Shown here: piece by piece, positions 10,157 through 19,500 of the stretch
Layout: each line of letters starts with the position of its first letter
Numbering within the stretch: position 1 is the stretch's first letter
From: Gammaproteobacteria bacterium
Lineage (GTDB): Bacteria; Pseudomonadota; Gammaproteobacteria; JAJFKG01
Direction: 5' to 3'
DNA length: 64,000 nt
Assembly: GCA_965116795.1 (NCBI GenBank)
Contig: OZ220716.1
Span: 1,130,503-1,194,502, forward strand
Position numbers and translations under genes: made by a program
Notes under the pieces: generated by a model
What the model was told of the DNA's origin: nothing
Seen by the model: only the letters and a program-made list of their open reading frames with translations
Databases searched by the model: none

Positions 10157-10403
10157 TAAATCAAATTGCTGGATGGACTTCCTTGACCTACTCGGCGCCC
10201 CAAAAAAGCGGTTAATTCGTTTTAGCTTTATAAATACATAATGGGCATCTTGATGATGCCTTCTTGTTGTTAGTAAAACCGATACGTGAAGCGTATCGCA
10301 TTATCGATGACGATGCACGTATAACAATTACTTATTTTGTCGGCAAATAAAACATCAAACGTCCTTCCCCCTGCCAACATAAACGCTGTGGAGGTGAATT
10401 GTC

Positions 10404-10766
10404 ATGAGTATCCAGTATGAGGTTAATCGATTAACCGAACGCCTAGCGACAGATACAGCACTGCTACACCAAATTGTACACGGTGATGAGCATACCACGG
10501 TTACCACCGAAGGCGGCTTAGTCAAATCTGCAGCCTATGTCATTCATCAACTAGAGCAAACGGTCGCAACAGCTGAGTTAGTGAAGACCGCCACAGCCAA
10601 CTATCAGGTGGTCGTTGCAACGGCAGAGTTGGTGATACCAGAGAAGTGGTTTATTCGTCTGTTGCAGTTATTACAGCAACAGCTGGCGTGTGAAGCCGCC
10701 TTAGTGCTAATGGATATGCGGACATTACCAGCAGCAACAAGCAAGGATTTATCTGAAACAACATAG
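10404..10766 (+). CDS. Tail spike/fibre adaptor-like protein
   Basis: LHQIVHGD...TTEGGLVKS N-terminal motif, paralogous to 12567..13097. Confidence 0.55.
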   Translation: MSIQYEVNRLTERLATDTALLHQIVHGDEHTTVTTEGGLVKSAAYVIHQLEQTVATAELVKTATANYQVVVATAELVIPEKWFIRLLQLLQQQLACEAALVLMDMRTLPAATSKDLSETT

Positions 10767-10776
10767 GAATATCACC

Positions 10777-12030
10777 ATGCCAACCTCAACTGAAACTCAA
10801 GCTGAATTAACCGATGCAACTACAACTGAAACAGCGACTTCAACCGAAATTGAAAACACTACGTCACCGACTGAACTAACCGCCCTTGGCAGTGACATTC
10901 GTTCATTGCGCGATACATCACGTACCTTGGTGGATACCGTCACTCACAAAATCGATGACATCACCGCGCAGCTTGATTTGAAAAAGCAAGAAGTTGACAG
11001 CCTGATTGCCACATTATGTTTAGAGGATGTCGTATTGGAAGTGGGTGAAGACAAAGATTATGCAACACCCCAAGCGGCATGGGATTATTTGGTTGATAAG
11101 AAACTGCGTGGCAAGATTATTATTCGCCTTCACCCAGGGGAATATGCGGTGAATAAACTTGAATTTAATCACCAACCCGATGCCAGCCACATACAGGTGG
11201 AAACGGTCTCTGATGTCGATGGCGATACGGTGATCCGCTTTATCCCCGATGAAAAAGGTAAATCCCATGGGTGGTTCTTCTATAATACACGCCATATTCA
11301 TTTTTACGGCAAATTTAAATTGGTCGGTCATGGAGCAGACACCTATCGTGGTGTGTATGTGGCTGACCACAGCCATGTTACCTTTGAAGCGCATGCCTTA
11401 AGCATTGAAAACTGTAATACCGGTGCAGAGGTATTGCGCGGTGGGATTTTGTTGGCAGATTATGTCAGCATGACACAAGTCAACACAGGTGTGGCTGTCT
11501 ACATTGGTGGCATTGGACTTTTGCAATACCTCTATGCTGAGGGCGTTAGTCGTGAGGTCTCTCAACGCGGAGCGGTATGTTTTGATGGTGGCACGTTGTA
11601 TACGATGCACAGTCAAGTCAAACACTTTGCATTGGGTTTCTCAGCCCATCGCAGCAATTCCTTTTTAGCCGCCAATCAATCGACAGCGGAGGATTGCACG
11701 ATTGGGTTTAGTGCCTATGGCGGAGAGCTATTGGTACATGGTGATGGTGTGGACAAACGTGGATTAGCCATCCGTTGTGATGATGGGACAATGTCTGTTT
11801 ATCATGGCACGGTCTATGCGCCTTGGCTAGCCGTAGAACAGTGCAATCGGGCTTTTATCGCGGACCAAAATTCCTATCTCTTAGCCAGCTATACCAAAGT
11901 CAGTCATTGTAAAGACGGTTATATTGCCATAGCCAACTCGTTTGTGCTGGCAGATGGCACGGTTGCCAATACAGTCAATGTGGACAATCCAGTCATTACG
12001 ACTGAGGGCGGATTAGTTCGGCAATCGTAA
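10777..12030 (+). CDS. Tail spike with right-handed beta-helix (pectin-lyase-like)
   Basis: VGEDKDYATPQAA...IIIRLHPGEY beta-helix cap followed by about 22-aa Gly/Cys-containing rungs. Confidence 0.65.
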   Translation: MPTSTETQAELTDATTTETATSTEIENTTSPTELTALGSDIRSLRDTSRTLVDTVTHKIDDITAQLDLKKQEVDSLIATLCLEDVVLEVGEDKDYATPQAAWDYLVDKKLRGKIIIRLHPGEYAVNKLEFNHQPDASHIQVETVSDVDGDTVIRFIPDEKGKSHGWFFYNTRHIHFYGKFKLVGHGADTYRGVYVADHSHVTFEAHALSIENCNTGAEVLRGGILLADYVSMTQVNTGVAVYIGGIGLLQYLYAEGVSREVSQRGAVCFDGGTLYTMHSQVKHFALGFSAHRSNSFLAANQSTAEDCTIGFSAYGGELLVHGDGVDKRGLAIRCDDGTMSVYHGTVYAPWLAVEQCNRAFIADQNSYLLASYTKVSHCKDGYIAIANSFVLADGTVANTVNVDNPVITTEGGLVRQS

Positions 12031-12049
12031 TGTTAATTGAAATAACCTC

Positions 12050-12523
12050 ATGATTACATGGCCAGATAAACTCCCTTTCCCCACGGTTGAAGGTTACAGC
12101 ATTCAACCCGGCGATGCGATTGTGCGCACCGATATGGAGGCGGGCAGTGCGCGTCAACGTCGTCGCTTCACTCAAGTCCCTAGCCGTATTCAAGTACGCT
12201 GGTTAATGTCACAAACCCAGTTTGCGATATTTGAAGCCTGGTACAAGTGGGAGGCTCGCGAAGGCGGCGCCTGGTTTGATGTTACCTTGTTAGGTGGCTT
12301 AGGATTGTTATCGCAACAAGCGCGTTTTACTCAAGCTTTTCAAACACAATTAGTCACCGGCACACTGTGGGAAATCCACACCGAGCTTGAAGTACGTGAA
12401 CGGCCTGTGCTGACTCACGACACATTACATCTGTTGTTAACCGAAGACATGCAGGGATTGATGGATGCGATTGATGGCTTGCATCGGTTGGTGCATTACA
12501 CCTTGCCAAGTTATTTCCATTAA
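12050..12523 (+). CDS. Minor/distal tail protein
   Basis: WPDKLPFP...RTDMEAGSARQRRRFT...GGAWF motif. Confidence 0.75.
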   Translation: MITWPDKLPFPTVEGYSIQPGDAIVRTDMEAGSARQRRRFTQVPSRIQVRWLMSQTQFAIFEAWYKWEAREGGAWFDVTLLGGLGLLSQQARFTQAFQTQLVTGTLWEIHTELEVRERPVLTHDTLHLLLTEDMQGLMDAIDGLHRLVHYTLPSYFH

Positions 12524-12566
12524 TGGGTTGTATTTAACAATCTATCATCAGCGTTAAGAGTAAGCT

Positions 12567-13097
12567 ATGACATTGCAAAAGGATTTAGAGCAAGCGGTTG
12601 CGCAAGTCACCCAAGACAGTCAAACGCTACATGAGATTGTACACGGTGATGAACAGGCTGTGGTTCCAACTGACGGGGGTGAGGTGAGCTCCCCTGCTAA
12701 AGTCATCTTTGACATAGAGCAACAGATTCAACAACAGTTATCCGACTTAAACGTGACTTTAGTAGCATTGAATGATGCCGTCGCACAAGCAGAACACTAC
12801 GCAGGTAACGCCAAGCAACAAGCACAGACGGCCGCCACCACGGTGGGCACGGTGAATCTCCCAACGGATTTGACTGGGGGTGGCGGCCAGTTGTTAGCCG
12901 TCAACGCTAAAGAGAATGGCTATGTCCTAACGCAATCGAGTAACACTGTATATGGTTTTTTCAAAGACGGCGCCAAACTGAAAGTGAATATCAATGAAGA
13001 ACACTGTGATGTTAATGATTTTTTAACTTACTGCATTGCCCCAGTGGGTATTGCGATTGAAATCGATACACGTGGACACTTATTAGTAACGGTCTAA
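12567..13097 (+). CDS. Tail fibre adaptor-like protein
   Basis: LHEIVHGD...PTDGGEVSS motif, GQLLAVNAKENGY; precedes RCC1 fibre gene. Confidence 0.55.
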   Translation: MTLQKDLEQAVAQVTQDSQTLHEIVHGDEQAVVPTDGGEVSSPAKVIFDIEQQIQQQLSDLNVTLVALNDAVAQAEHYAGNAKQQAQTAATTVGTVNLPTDLTGGGGQLLAVNAKENGYVLTQSSNTVYGFFKDGAKLKVNINEEHCDVNDFLTYCIAPVGIAIEIDTRGHLLVTV

Positions 13098-13112
13098 TGA
13101 CATGGGAGCAGT

Positions 13113-14777
13113 ATGACAATTTTAGATTTAGGCAACATCCGCATGAATTGGTGTGGAGCATATGACAATGACATTGCTTATGTGCGTGATGACGTTGTCT
13201 CTTATCATGGCTCAAGCTTTATTGCTAAGCGCGATGTGGTTGGAGTTGCGCCTACCGTTGGCGATGATTGGGATATGTTAGCCGCTGGCACGCATCAATT
13301 GATTGAGCAAGGAGATTTGTTAACGCATGATGGCAATGCAACGATACGCTTACCCTGTGGTAACCCAGGCCAAGTATTGCAAGCTGGGAATAACCAGCAA
13401 CCGCAATGGCGTGATGTGGGTTTGCATCCTTCACAAGCGGTGTGGAAATTATCCCAAGTGAATGGCTTAGGAGGCTGGTATACCCGTGTCTACTTGATGC
13501 GCGATGGATTGATTAAAGCCTGTGGCTTAGGTAACAATTACAGCAATGGAGACCCCAATGCTAGCCATACTTACTTACCCAGTCGGGTAGCGGCTTTAAA
13601 TAACGAGGTACGTTTTGTAAACGTTTTCTCTGGCGGTCAGCAACATTATGCATTAACACAAGAAGGCGACGTATGGGCATGGGGATTTAATAACTATGGT
13701 CAGTTGGGACATGGTGATACGCTGCATCGCAGTATGATGAGACGCATTGATTTTTTCTTTAACAACAATATTAAAATTAAACACATTGTTACTGGTCGGC
13801 CTAATCACTATGACTATGGCTGTGCATTCTTCTTAACAACTGACGGCGAAGTCTATGCTTGTGGCTATAACAGTAACGGTAGTTTAGGTAATGGCACCAG
13901 TACCAATCAATATACACCGGTGCGCTGCGGGGCATTGACTAACATTGTGAGTTTAGCGGTATCGGGTCAACCTTACAGTGTGTATGCCATTACAGAAGAT
14001 AGACAATTGTGGGTATGGGGGTGGAATCACAATGGGCAATTGGGGTTGGGCGATACTGCTGACCGCCATAGTCCTATCTTGCATCCCACTTTGCATAATA
14101 TTGCTAAAGCGGTGATTACGTGTGGTTATAGAACAGATGGGCAAGACGCTGCTGGTAATGGGTTAGTGTTATTAGACGATGGCACACTGTGGTCAACCGG
14201 TTACAACGGTTATGGTCAGTTAGGGCATGGCGATACAACAAATCGCACCAGTTTTTCTCAAATCCAACATGCGTCAACGTTTGTGGATATTGCCACAGGA
14301 GATGGACGTTACCCAAGTTCTGCTGCTATCACCGATAAGAAAGAACTCTATGGTTGGGGATACAATAACTACGGACAATTAGGCACAGGCAATACCGCGC
14401 ATCAACATTCACTGACTAAACCCAGTGCGGATTTCCAAGGCAAAGTCGATACAGTCTGTTTTGGGGGTGGTGCCAGTTATGAGGGCTGCATTGTGCAAAG
14501 TGGCGATGCATTATGGGCCGCCGGTTACAGTGATCGCGGTAGTCTTGGAACGGGCTCAAAGTCTGGCACAAACAATCGATTCAAACGCGTGCTCGGACAA
14601 TCAGGTGAGATTCAAGATTGGGCGTGCTTCGGCCAAGGCCAGACAGACTGGGGATTGGGTGTGTTATACACCGATGGGCGTGTGGATGCGTGCGGGTATA
14701 ATAGCAGTTACGGTGCAACCGGTACGCAAAGTGGCAACTTGCACCATGTGTTGGTGCTCAAGAATGTAATTTTCTGA
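13113..14777 (+). CDS. Tail fibre/receptor-binding protein with RCC1/BLIP-II beta-propeller repeats
   Basis: DLGNIRMNWCGAY...YVRDDVVSYHGSSFI N-terminus; multiple G.VWAWG.N..GQLG.G repeats. Confidence 0.85.
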   Translation: MTILDLGNIRMNWCGAYDNDIAYVRDDVVSYHGSSFIAKRDVVGVAPTVGDDWDMLAAGTHQLIEQGDLLTHDGNATIRLPCGNPGQVLQAGNNQQPQWRDVGLHPSQAVWKLSQVNGLGGWYTRVYLMRDGLIKACGLGNNYSNGDPNASHTYLPSRVAALNNEVRFVNVFSGGQQHYALTQEGDVWAWGFNNYGQLGHGDTLHRSMMRRIDFFFNNNIKIKHIVTGRPNHYDYGCAFFLTTDGEVYACGYNSNGSLGNGTSTNQYTPVRCGALTNIVSLAVSGQPYSVYAITEDRQLWVWGWNHNGQLGLGDTADRHSPILHPTLHNIAKAVITCGYRTDGQDAAGNGLVLLDDGTLWSTGYNGYGQLGHGDTTNRTSFSQIQHASTFVDIATGDGRYPSSAAITDKKELYGWGYNNYGQLGTGNTAHQHSLTKPSADFQGKVDTVCFGGGASYEGCIVQSGDALWAAGYSDRGSLGTGSKSGTNNRFKRVLGQSGEIQDWACFGQGQTDWGLGVLYTDGRVDACGYNSSYGATGTQSGNLHHVLVLKNVIF

Positions 14778-14860
14778 TGCCGGATTATTAAATCAGCTTG
14801 TTAATTGCCAACCTAACCCTACTGCAACTTAATCATATTAGTTTAAGGATGAATGAAACA

Positions 14861-15370
14861 ATGACAGGTAGAATCAAATCGTATGTACATAATCGGCAAC
14901 CGCAGTTTAAAGAAAGCACGGTGCCGCCGATTTATTTAGGCGACATCAATGGACGCGTGTACTACGCATTTAGTCATGAAGCAACAATACCATCAGGGGG
15001 TAAAACTGTTACGAAGAATGAGCATCAAACATTAAAAGTTAACAGCGTACTGATAAAACAAGTCAAAGCAGAAGCCATGCGGCGCATTTTAGCCATAACA
15101 CCGTATTGGAAACAAAATAATGCATTAGCGTATTTGTATGCATTAAGCAACAAAGATAATTTAACCGATGAAGAAAAGTTACGTTTAGATAACGCTAAAC
15201 AATTGTGGGCAACCATTCAGTGCTTACGTAAACGTTCTAATGACATTGAAGCCGCTTTATTGCAAGGAGGCACCATCGATTATATGAATGATGCCGCTTG
15301 GGAAGAAGAGCAAGCGCAAGAGAAAAATAAAGCAAAAGAAAAAGAACAACAAACACAAGCGACAACATAA
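14861..15370 (+). CDS. Tail fibre-associated protein
   Basis: VKAEAMRRILAITPYWKQNN...IQCLRKRSNDIEA motif common next to fibre genes; start uncertain. Confidence 0.55.
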   Translation: MTGRIKSYVHNRQPQFKESTVPPIYLGDINGRVYYAFSHEATIPSGGKTVTKNEHQTLKVNSVLIKQVKAEAMRRILAITPYWKQNNALAYLYALSNKDNLTDEEKLRLDNAKQLWATIQCLRKRSNDIEAALLQGGTIDYMNDAAWEEEQAQEKNKAKEKEQQTQATT

Positions 15371-15463
15371 CAATGCCAGATGGTATGGATCTCCGACTTA
15401 GGAAGGCTTCATAATGAGCCGCAATTGAAATTAATCAATTGAAACGTTAAGAGGAGATCCGAA

Positions 15464-16501
15464 ATGAATGTTACTACAGTAGGTATAGATTTGGCAAAGA
15501 ATGTATTTCAACTATACGGTGTTAATGAGAAAGGAGAATGTGTGTTAAAAAAACGCTTATCACGAACAAAATTTGCAGAATTTATTCAACAACTGCCTAA
15601 ATGTCGTTTGGTAATGGAAAGTTGCGGCAGCGCACATCACTGGGCAAGACGCTTTAAAGCAATGGGTCATGAAGTCAAGCTAATAGCGCCTCATTTTGTG
15701 AAGCCGTTTGTGATGGGCAATAAGACGGATGCCAACGATGCTAGAGCAATTTGTCTAGCAAGTTTATGTGCAGACATGCGTTATGTGCCAATTAAAGAAT
15801 TAGAGCAGCAAGATATTCAAAGTCTTCATCGGCATCGAGAGTTATTAGTTAAACAGCGCACGCAATTAGTGAACCAAATACGGGGTTTATTGGCAGAATA
15901 TGGTGTCATCATCCCAAAGCAAATACGTTTTGTACGTAACCAATTACCAGAGATTGTGGATAATAGTGAAAATGAATTGACGCCTTATGCCAGGGAGTTA
16001 TTTAGAGAAATGTACAACGAATTAAAAGAAAAAGATAAAAAGCTAAAGGGCTATGATGTGAAGCTTGAATCAATAGCCAAGGTACATCCGGCCTGTGGCA
16101 ATTTAATGACAATACCTGGTATTGGTAGCAAAACAGCAACGGCATTGTATGCATCTGTGGGTTTTGCTCATGAGTTTAAAAATGGTCGTCAGTTTGCAGC
16201 ATGGTGCGGATTAGTACCCAAGCAATCATCCAGTGGCGAAAAGGTGCGATTAGGGAGCATTAGCAAGCGAGGCAACGCTCAACTTCGTACGTTGTTAATT
16301 CACGGAGCCCGTTCAGTGATGCGTTGTGCATCGAAATCTGAGACGCCAACAGCACGTTGGGCATGTCGAAAGCAAGCACGTAGTTCGACGAACCGTACAG
16401 TTGTTGCTTTAGCGAACAAGAATGCACGAATTGCTTGGACAATGCTGTCACAAGGTGTTTGTTATGATGGCAATTTAGCTTGTGCTGGTGGCAATGTGTG
16501 A
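15464..16501 (+). CDS. IS110/IS1111 DEDD recombinase
   Basis: GIDLAK, MESC, KTDANDA, GLVPKQSSSG, ALANKNARIAW. Confidence 0.95.
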   Translation: MNVTTVGIDLAKNVFQLYGVNEKGECVLKKRLSRTKFAEFIQQLPKCRLVMESCGSAHHWARRFKAMGHEVKLIAPHFVKPFVMGNKTDANDARAICLASLCADMRYVPIKELEQQDIQSLHRHRELLVKQRTQLVNQIRGLLAEYGVIIPKQIRFVRNQLPEIVDNSENELTPYARELFREMYNELKEKDKKLKGYDVKLESIAKVHPACGNLMTIPGIGSKTATALYASVGFAHEFKNGRQFAAWCGLVPKQSSSGEKVRLGSISKRGNAQLRTLLIHGARSVMRCASKSETPTARWACRKQARSSTNRTVVALANKNARIAWTMLSQGVCYDGNLACAGGNV

Positions 16502-16559
16502 GGTTTTTTGTTGATTAGCAAAAAACATAAAGTTTTTTAGTGAGTAATCGCAAACGTAA

Positions 16560-16740
16560 AAGTAATGGATAAAATAGGTAAAACCGACTTTCTAAAAACC
16601 TAACAGGGTCTGGGGCACTAGATAGATGCCATATGCCAGATGAGGAGAGAAAGTTGCATAGTGACCATTAGGGCTCGAACAAGATGATTGTTCACTACGA
16701 AGCCAAATATAAGGTAGCGACCTACTAAACCATTTTTCCT
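16560..16740 (+). ncRNA. Predicted bridge/seek RNA of the IS1111 element (limits approximate)
   Basis: Target guides GGGTCTGG (16606-16613) and ATGCCAGA (16633-16640); donor guides ACCATT (16664-16669) and ATATAAGG (16707-16714). Confidence 0.75.
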
Positions 16741-17373
16741 GAAAACGCTTGCATTGCACGGGAGATCCATATAAAGACCCAACGTTAAGCCAAGCCATTT
16801 GTGAAGCGTATGCGTCATCACCCAGTGATGTAGTGATATTGCATACCTTAGAATTGCGCCACCCAAAGTTTGTCGATGATGAGGGTAACGTTATGGCAGT
16901 AAGATTGGTGCGCGATTATCAAAACTTAGCTGCAACGCTTGAAGAAGATGCACCACTGAATGCAAATGAAACCGTGACATTCATTGCGATGAGCTTTGAT
17001 TTGAGTTTGCCGACGGTGGATACCGCGCCAGTACCGGAGATTACTGTCACTATTGACAACGTTAGTGGGACACTGATGAAACACTTGGATGCCGCAGTAG
17101 ACAGTGGTGATAAAATTGAGGTGACATACCGGCCGTATTTAAGCAACGATACATCGACTCCACATATGGTGCCACCGATTACATTAGCGTTATGTGATGT
17201 CGAAGCCGATGTCATGCGCATCGTAGGACGTGCCAGAATGCTCGATATTGGTAATAAACGGTTTCCAGCCGATAGCTATACTATTAAACGTTTTCCTGGC
17301 TTAGCGCGTTAACGTAACAGTCAACACTTTCTTTGATCTTTTATTCTTTAATCAAAAAAACAGAGTAACCCTT

Positions 17374-17790
17374 ATGACCCATTGGGCTTGTCAGTACATT
17401 GGTTTGCCGTGGCAAGCTGGTGGCAGAAATGTATCAGGCTTCGATTGCTGGGGATTGGTGAAGTATGTGCAACAAAAACATTTTAATTGCACATTGCCTG
17501 ATATTCCCGTTGATGCGGTTAACTTAACACAGGTGGCTAAAGCATTTAAGCAGCACCCCGAAAAGCAACGCTGGCAATTAACTCAAAACCCTGCTGAAGG
17601 GCATGCCGTATTATTACGTCAATCACGTTACCCGATTCACGTTGGGATATGGATTGCCATTAATGCCACTGAACAAGGCGTACTGCATTGCGTGCAAAAG
17701 AGTGGCGTTGTCTTTCAAACGGTTAACAGTTTGCAGGTATCAGGTTGGCAAGTTGAGGGCATTTATAAATTTCAAGGTGATTCACTGTAA
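17374..17790 (+). CDS. NlpC/P60 tail tip protein (gpK-like)
   Basis: YIGLPW..GGR...GFDCWGLV, HVGIW, VLHC. Confidence 0.9.
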   Translation: MTHWACQYIGLPWQAGGRNVSGFDCWGLVKYVQQKHFNCTLPDIPVDAVNLTQVAKAFKQHPEKQRWQLTQNPAEGHAVLLRQSRYPIHVGIWIAINATEQGVLHCVQKSGVVFQTVNSLQVSGWQVEGIYKFQGDSL

Positions 17791-18198
17791 TGGCGCATGT
17801 TGTTATTCTGCATAACCCTTTTTTGTGTGAGCGTGGGCGAGAGCTGATTACTGTTGATCATCCTGTTACCATTGCAATGTGGTTGATGCAGACTAATGTT
17901 GTTACATTTGAATTACCGACAATTTGTTTAGTCAATGGCAATCCATTGTTACGCCAAGATTGGCAAACAACAATTATACAGGCAAACGATGTCATTACCT
18001 TTATTACCCTGCCACAAGGCAGTGGGGGCGGCGGTAAAATCTTACGTTCTGTGTTAATCAACTATGGTTTTCAAATGTTTAAAAATTTTTCTTTTAGCGA
18101 AGAAATATACAAATATGGCTAGGTACAGCACATGGCTATAAGCAAAGATAAAGAAAAAAGTAGATACTAAGACGCCTTACAAAGCACAAATGAATATA

Positions 18199-18288
18199 GG
18201 TTAAGCGTGGTTATTGTCAAGGGTGGCTTCACTAACAGTGGTGCATTCAGCATTGCACTGCAACCCTTGACAATAACCACGCTTAACC
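18199..18288. repeat. Perfect 26-bp inverted repeat in the IS110 3' end
   Basis: GGTTAAGCGTGGTTATTGTCAAGGGT (18199-18224) / ACCCTTGACAATAACCACGCTTAACC (18263-18288). Confidence 0.95.
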
Positions 18289-18350
18289 CAAAATGTCATC
18301 ATGCCTTGTAAGGCTCGTTCTGTGCTACATCTTGCGATTAAAGTATTATT

Positions 18351-19310
18351 TTAAGTAATTGTAGCGTTTGCATTTACTTGGCCTGTTTCAATAAAATGAT
18401 CGCGCATTCTTGCATTCGCTATCACAATAATTTTTCGCATTAATGCCACTAACGCTACCATCTTTCTTTTACCAGACTCAACTAAACGTCTATAAAAATC
18501 GCCTAATGCTCCTTTACTTTTAGCTGCAGCCATTGCTGCAATAAACAATATCCGTTTCACTTCTTCTCGACCACCTCGAGTAAATCGATAACCTTGCTTA
18601 GTGCCGCTATCGTTAGGATGAGGGGCTACACCGGCTAAGGAGGCGATTTGTTTTCGATTTGCCTGACCCAATTCCGGCATAAAAGCCAACAATGTTGAAG
18701 CAACTACTTCACCAACACCGGGTATCGTTTGCAAAATCTTTTTTGTTTCAAGCAATGAGTTGTCTTGCTCATAGATCAGATTGATTTTCTTTTCGATTTG
18801 CTTAATTTCCTCGGTAAAATACGCTATCATCCTGTCGATGCTCTCTGTAAGAATTTCTTGTTCTGGTGATTGCAAACGATTCTTTTCTTGCACTAACATT
18901 TTGGTTAACTCATTACGGCGCAGAAGTAGTTTTTGCAGTATTTTATTTGCTGGTTCTTTGTATACCTCTAAATCAGCATGACGCTCATAACCGTACTTAG
19001 CTAAACCTAATGCATCAATCGTGTCTGTTTTACCCAGTTGGCCAAACGAACGAATAAAGTGTTTTACTTTGCGTGTATTAGCTCGATGTACAGCATAGCC
19101 TTTTTCTTGCAATGCGCGAATCAACGCTAATTCGTGTCCACCTGTCGTTTCTAACACTATCAGTGCTGAGGATAGCTTACTTGCCCATTCCTCAAGATAA
19201 CGTGCGATACCGACAGCGTTATTCTCATAAACGCTGACTTCTTTTTCCCCATGGATGGCACTGTAAAACTCATACTTACCAATATCAATTCCTATAAATT
19301 TCTGATACAT
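18351..19310 (-). CDS. IS110 DEDD recombinase
   Basis: GIDIGK, VLETTG, KTDTIDA, AGVAPHPNDSG, GGREEVKRILF. Confidence 0.95.
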   Translation of the reverse strand: MYQKFIGIDIGKYEFYSAIHGEKEVSVYENNAVGIARYLEEWASKLSSALIVLETTGGHELALIRALQEKGYAVHRANTRKVKHFIRSFGQLGKTDTIDALGLAKYGYERHADLEVYKEPANKILQKLLLRRNELTKMLVQEKNRLQSPEQEILTESIDRMIAYFTEEIKQIEKKINLIYEQDNSLLETKKILQTIPGVGEVVASTLLAFMPELGQANRKQIASLAGVAPHPNDSGTKQGYRFTRGGREEVKRILFIAAMAAAKSKGALGDFYRRLVESGKRKMVALVALMRKIIVIANARMRDHFIETGQVNANATIT

Positions 19311-19319
19311 TACATATTC

Positions 19320-19500
19320 CCTCGTGCGTTTAATGTTTGTTTAGGATTGTAAACGGGCGTTTAGCCCTTTCAACTATTCAAACGTATCGAGGTCGATCTA
19401 GGGTACCCAGATTAACACGGTTGTTAAGACCTATGATTGCACGGTCGCCCACGATCGCGCAGCTAGGTTAATTCAGCTTAGCGGCTCACCTCTTAAAGTG
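19320..19500 (-). ncRNA. Predicted bridge RNA of the IS110 element (limits approximate)
   Basis: Four 8-nt guides at 19433-19440, 19411-19418 (target) and 19370-19377, 19345-19352 (donor), all perfect matches. Confidence 0.8.

Larger units (their letters stand above)
15378..16774 (+). mobile_element. IS110 family, IS1111 subgroup element (ends ambiguous by the AGA core)
   Basis: 11-bp subterminal IR TATGGATCTCC (15384-15394) / GGAGATCCATA (16761-16771); AGA core at both junctions; long 3' non-coding end. Confidence 0.9.
15373..17312 (+). pseudogene. DUF1833-like minor tail protein interrupted at codon 2-3 by an IS1111-type element
   Basis: Removing 15378-16774 gives ATG CCA GAC CCA ACG TTA = MPDPTLSQAICEAYAS...LHTLELRHP. 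Confidence 0.85.

Noticed and set aside
16749-16777. In-frame TTG in the IS end as a rescue start for the DUF1833-like gene
   Set aside because: No RBS; the native ATG is at 15373; rescue is possible but unsupported
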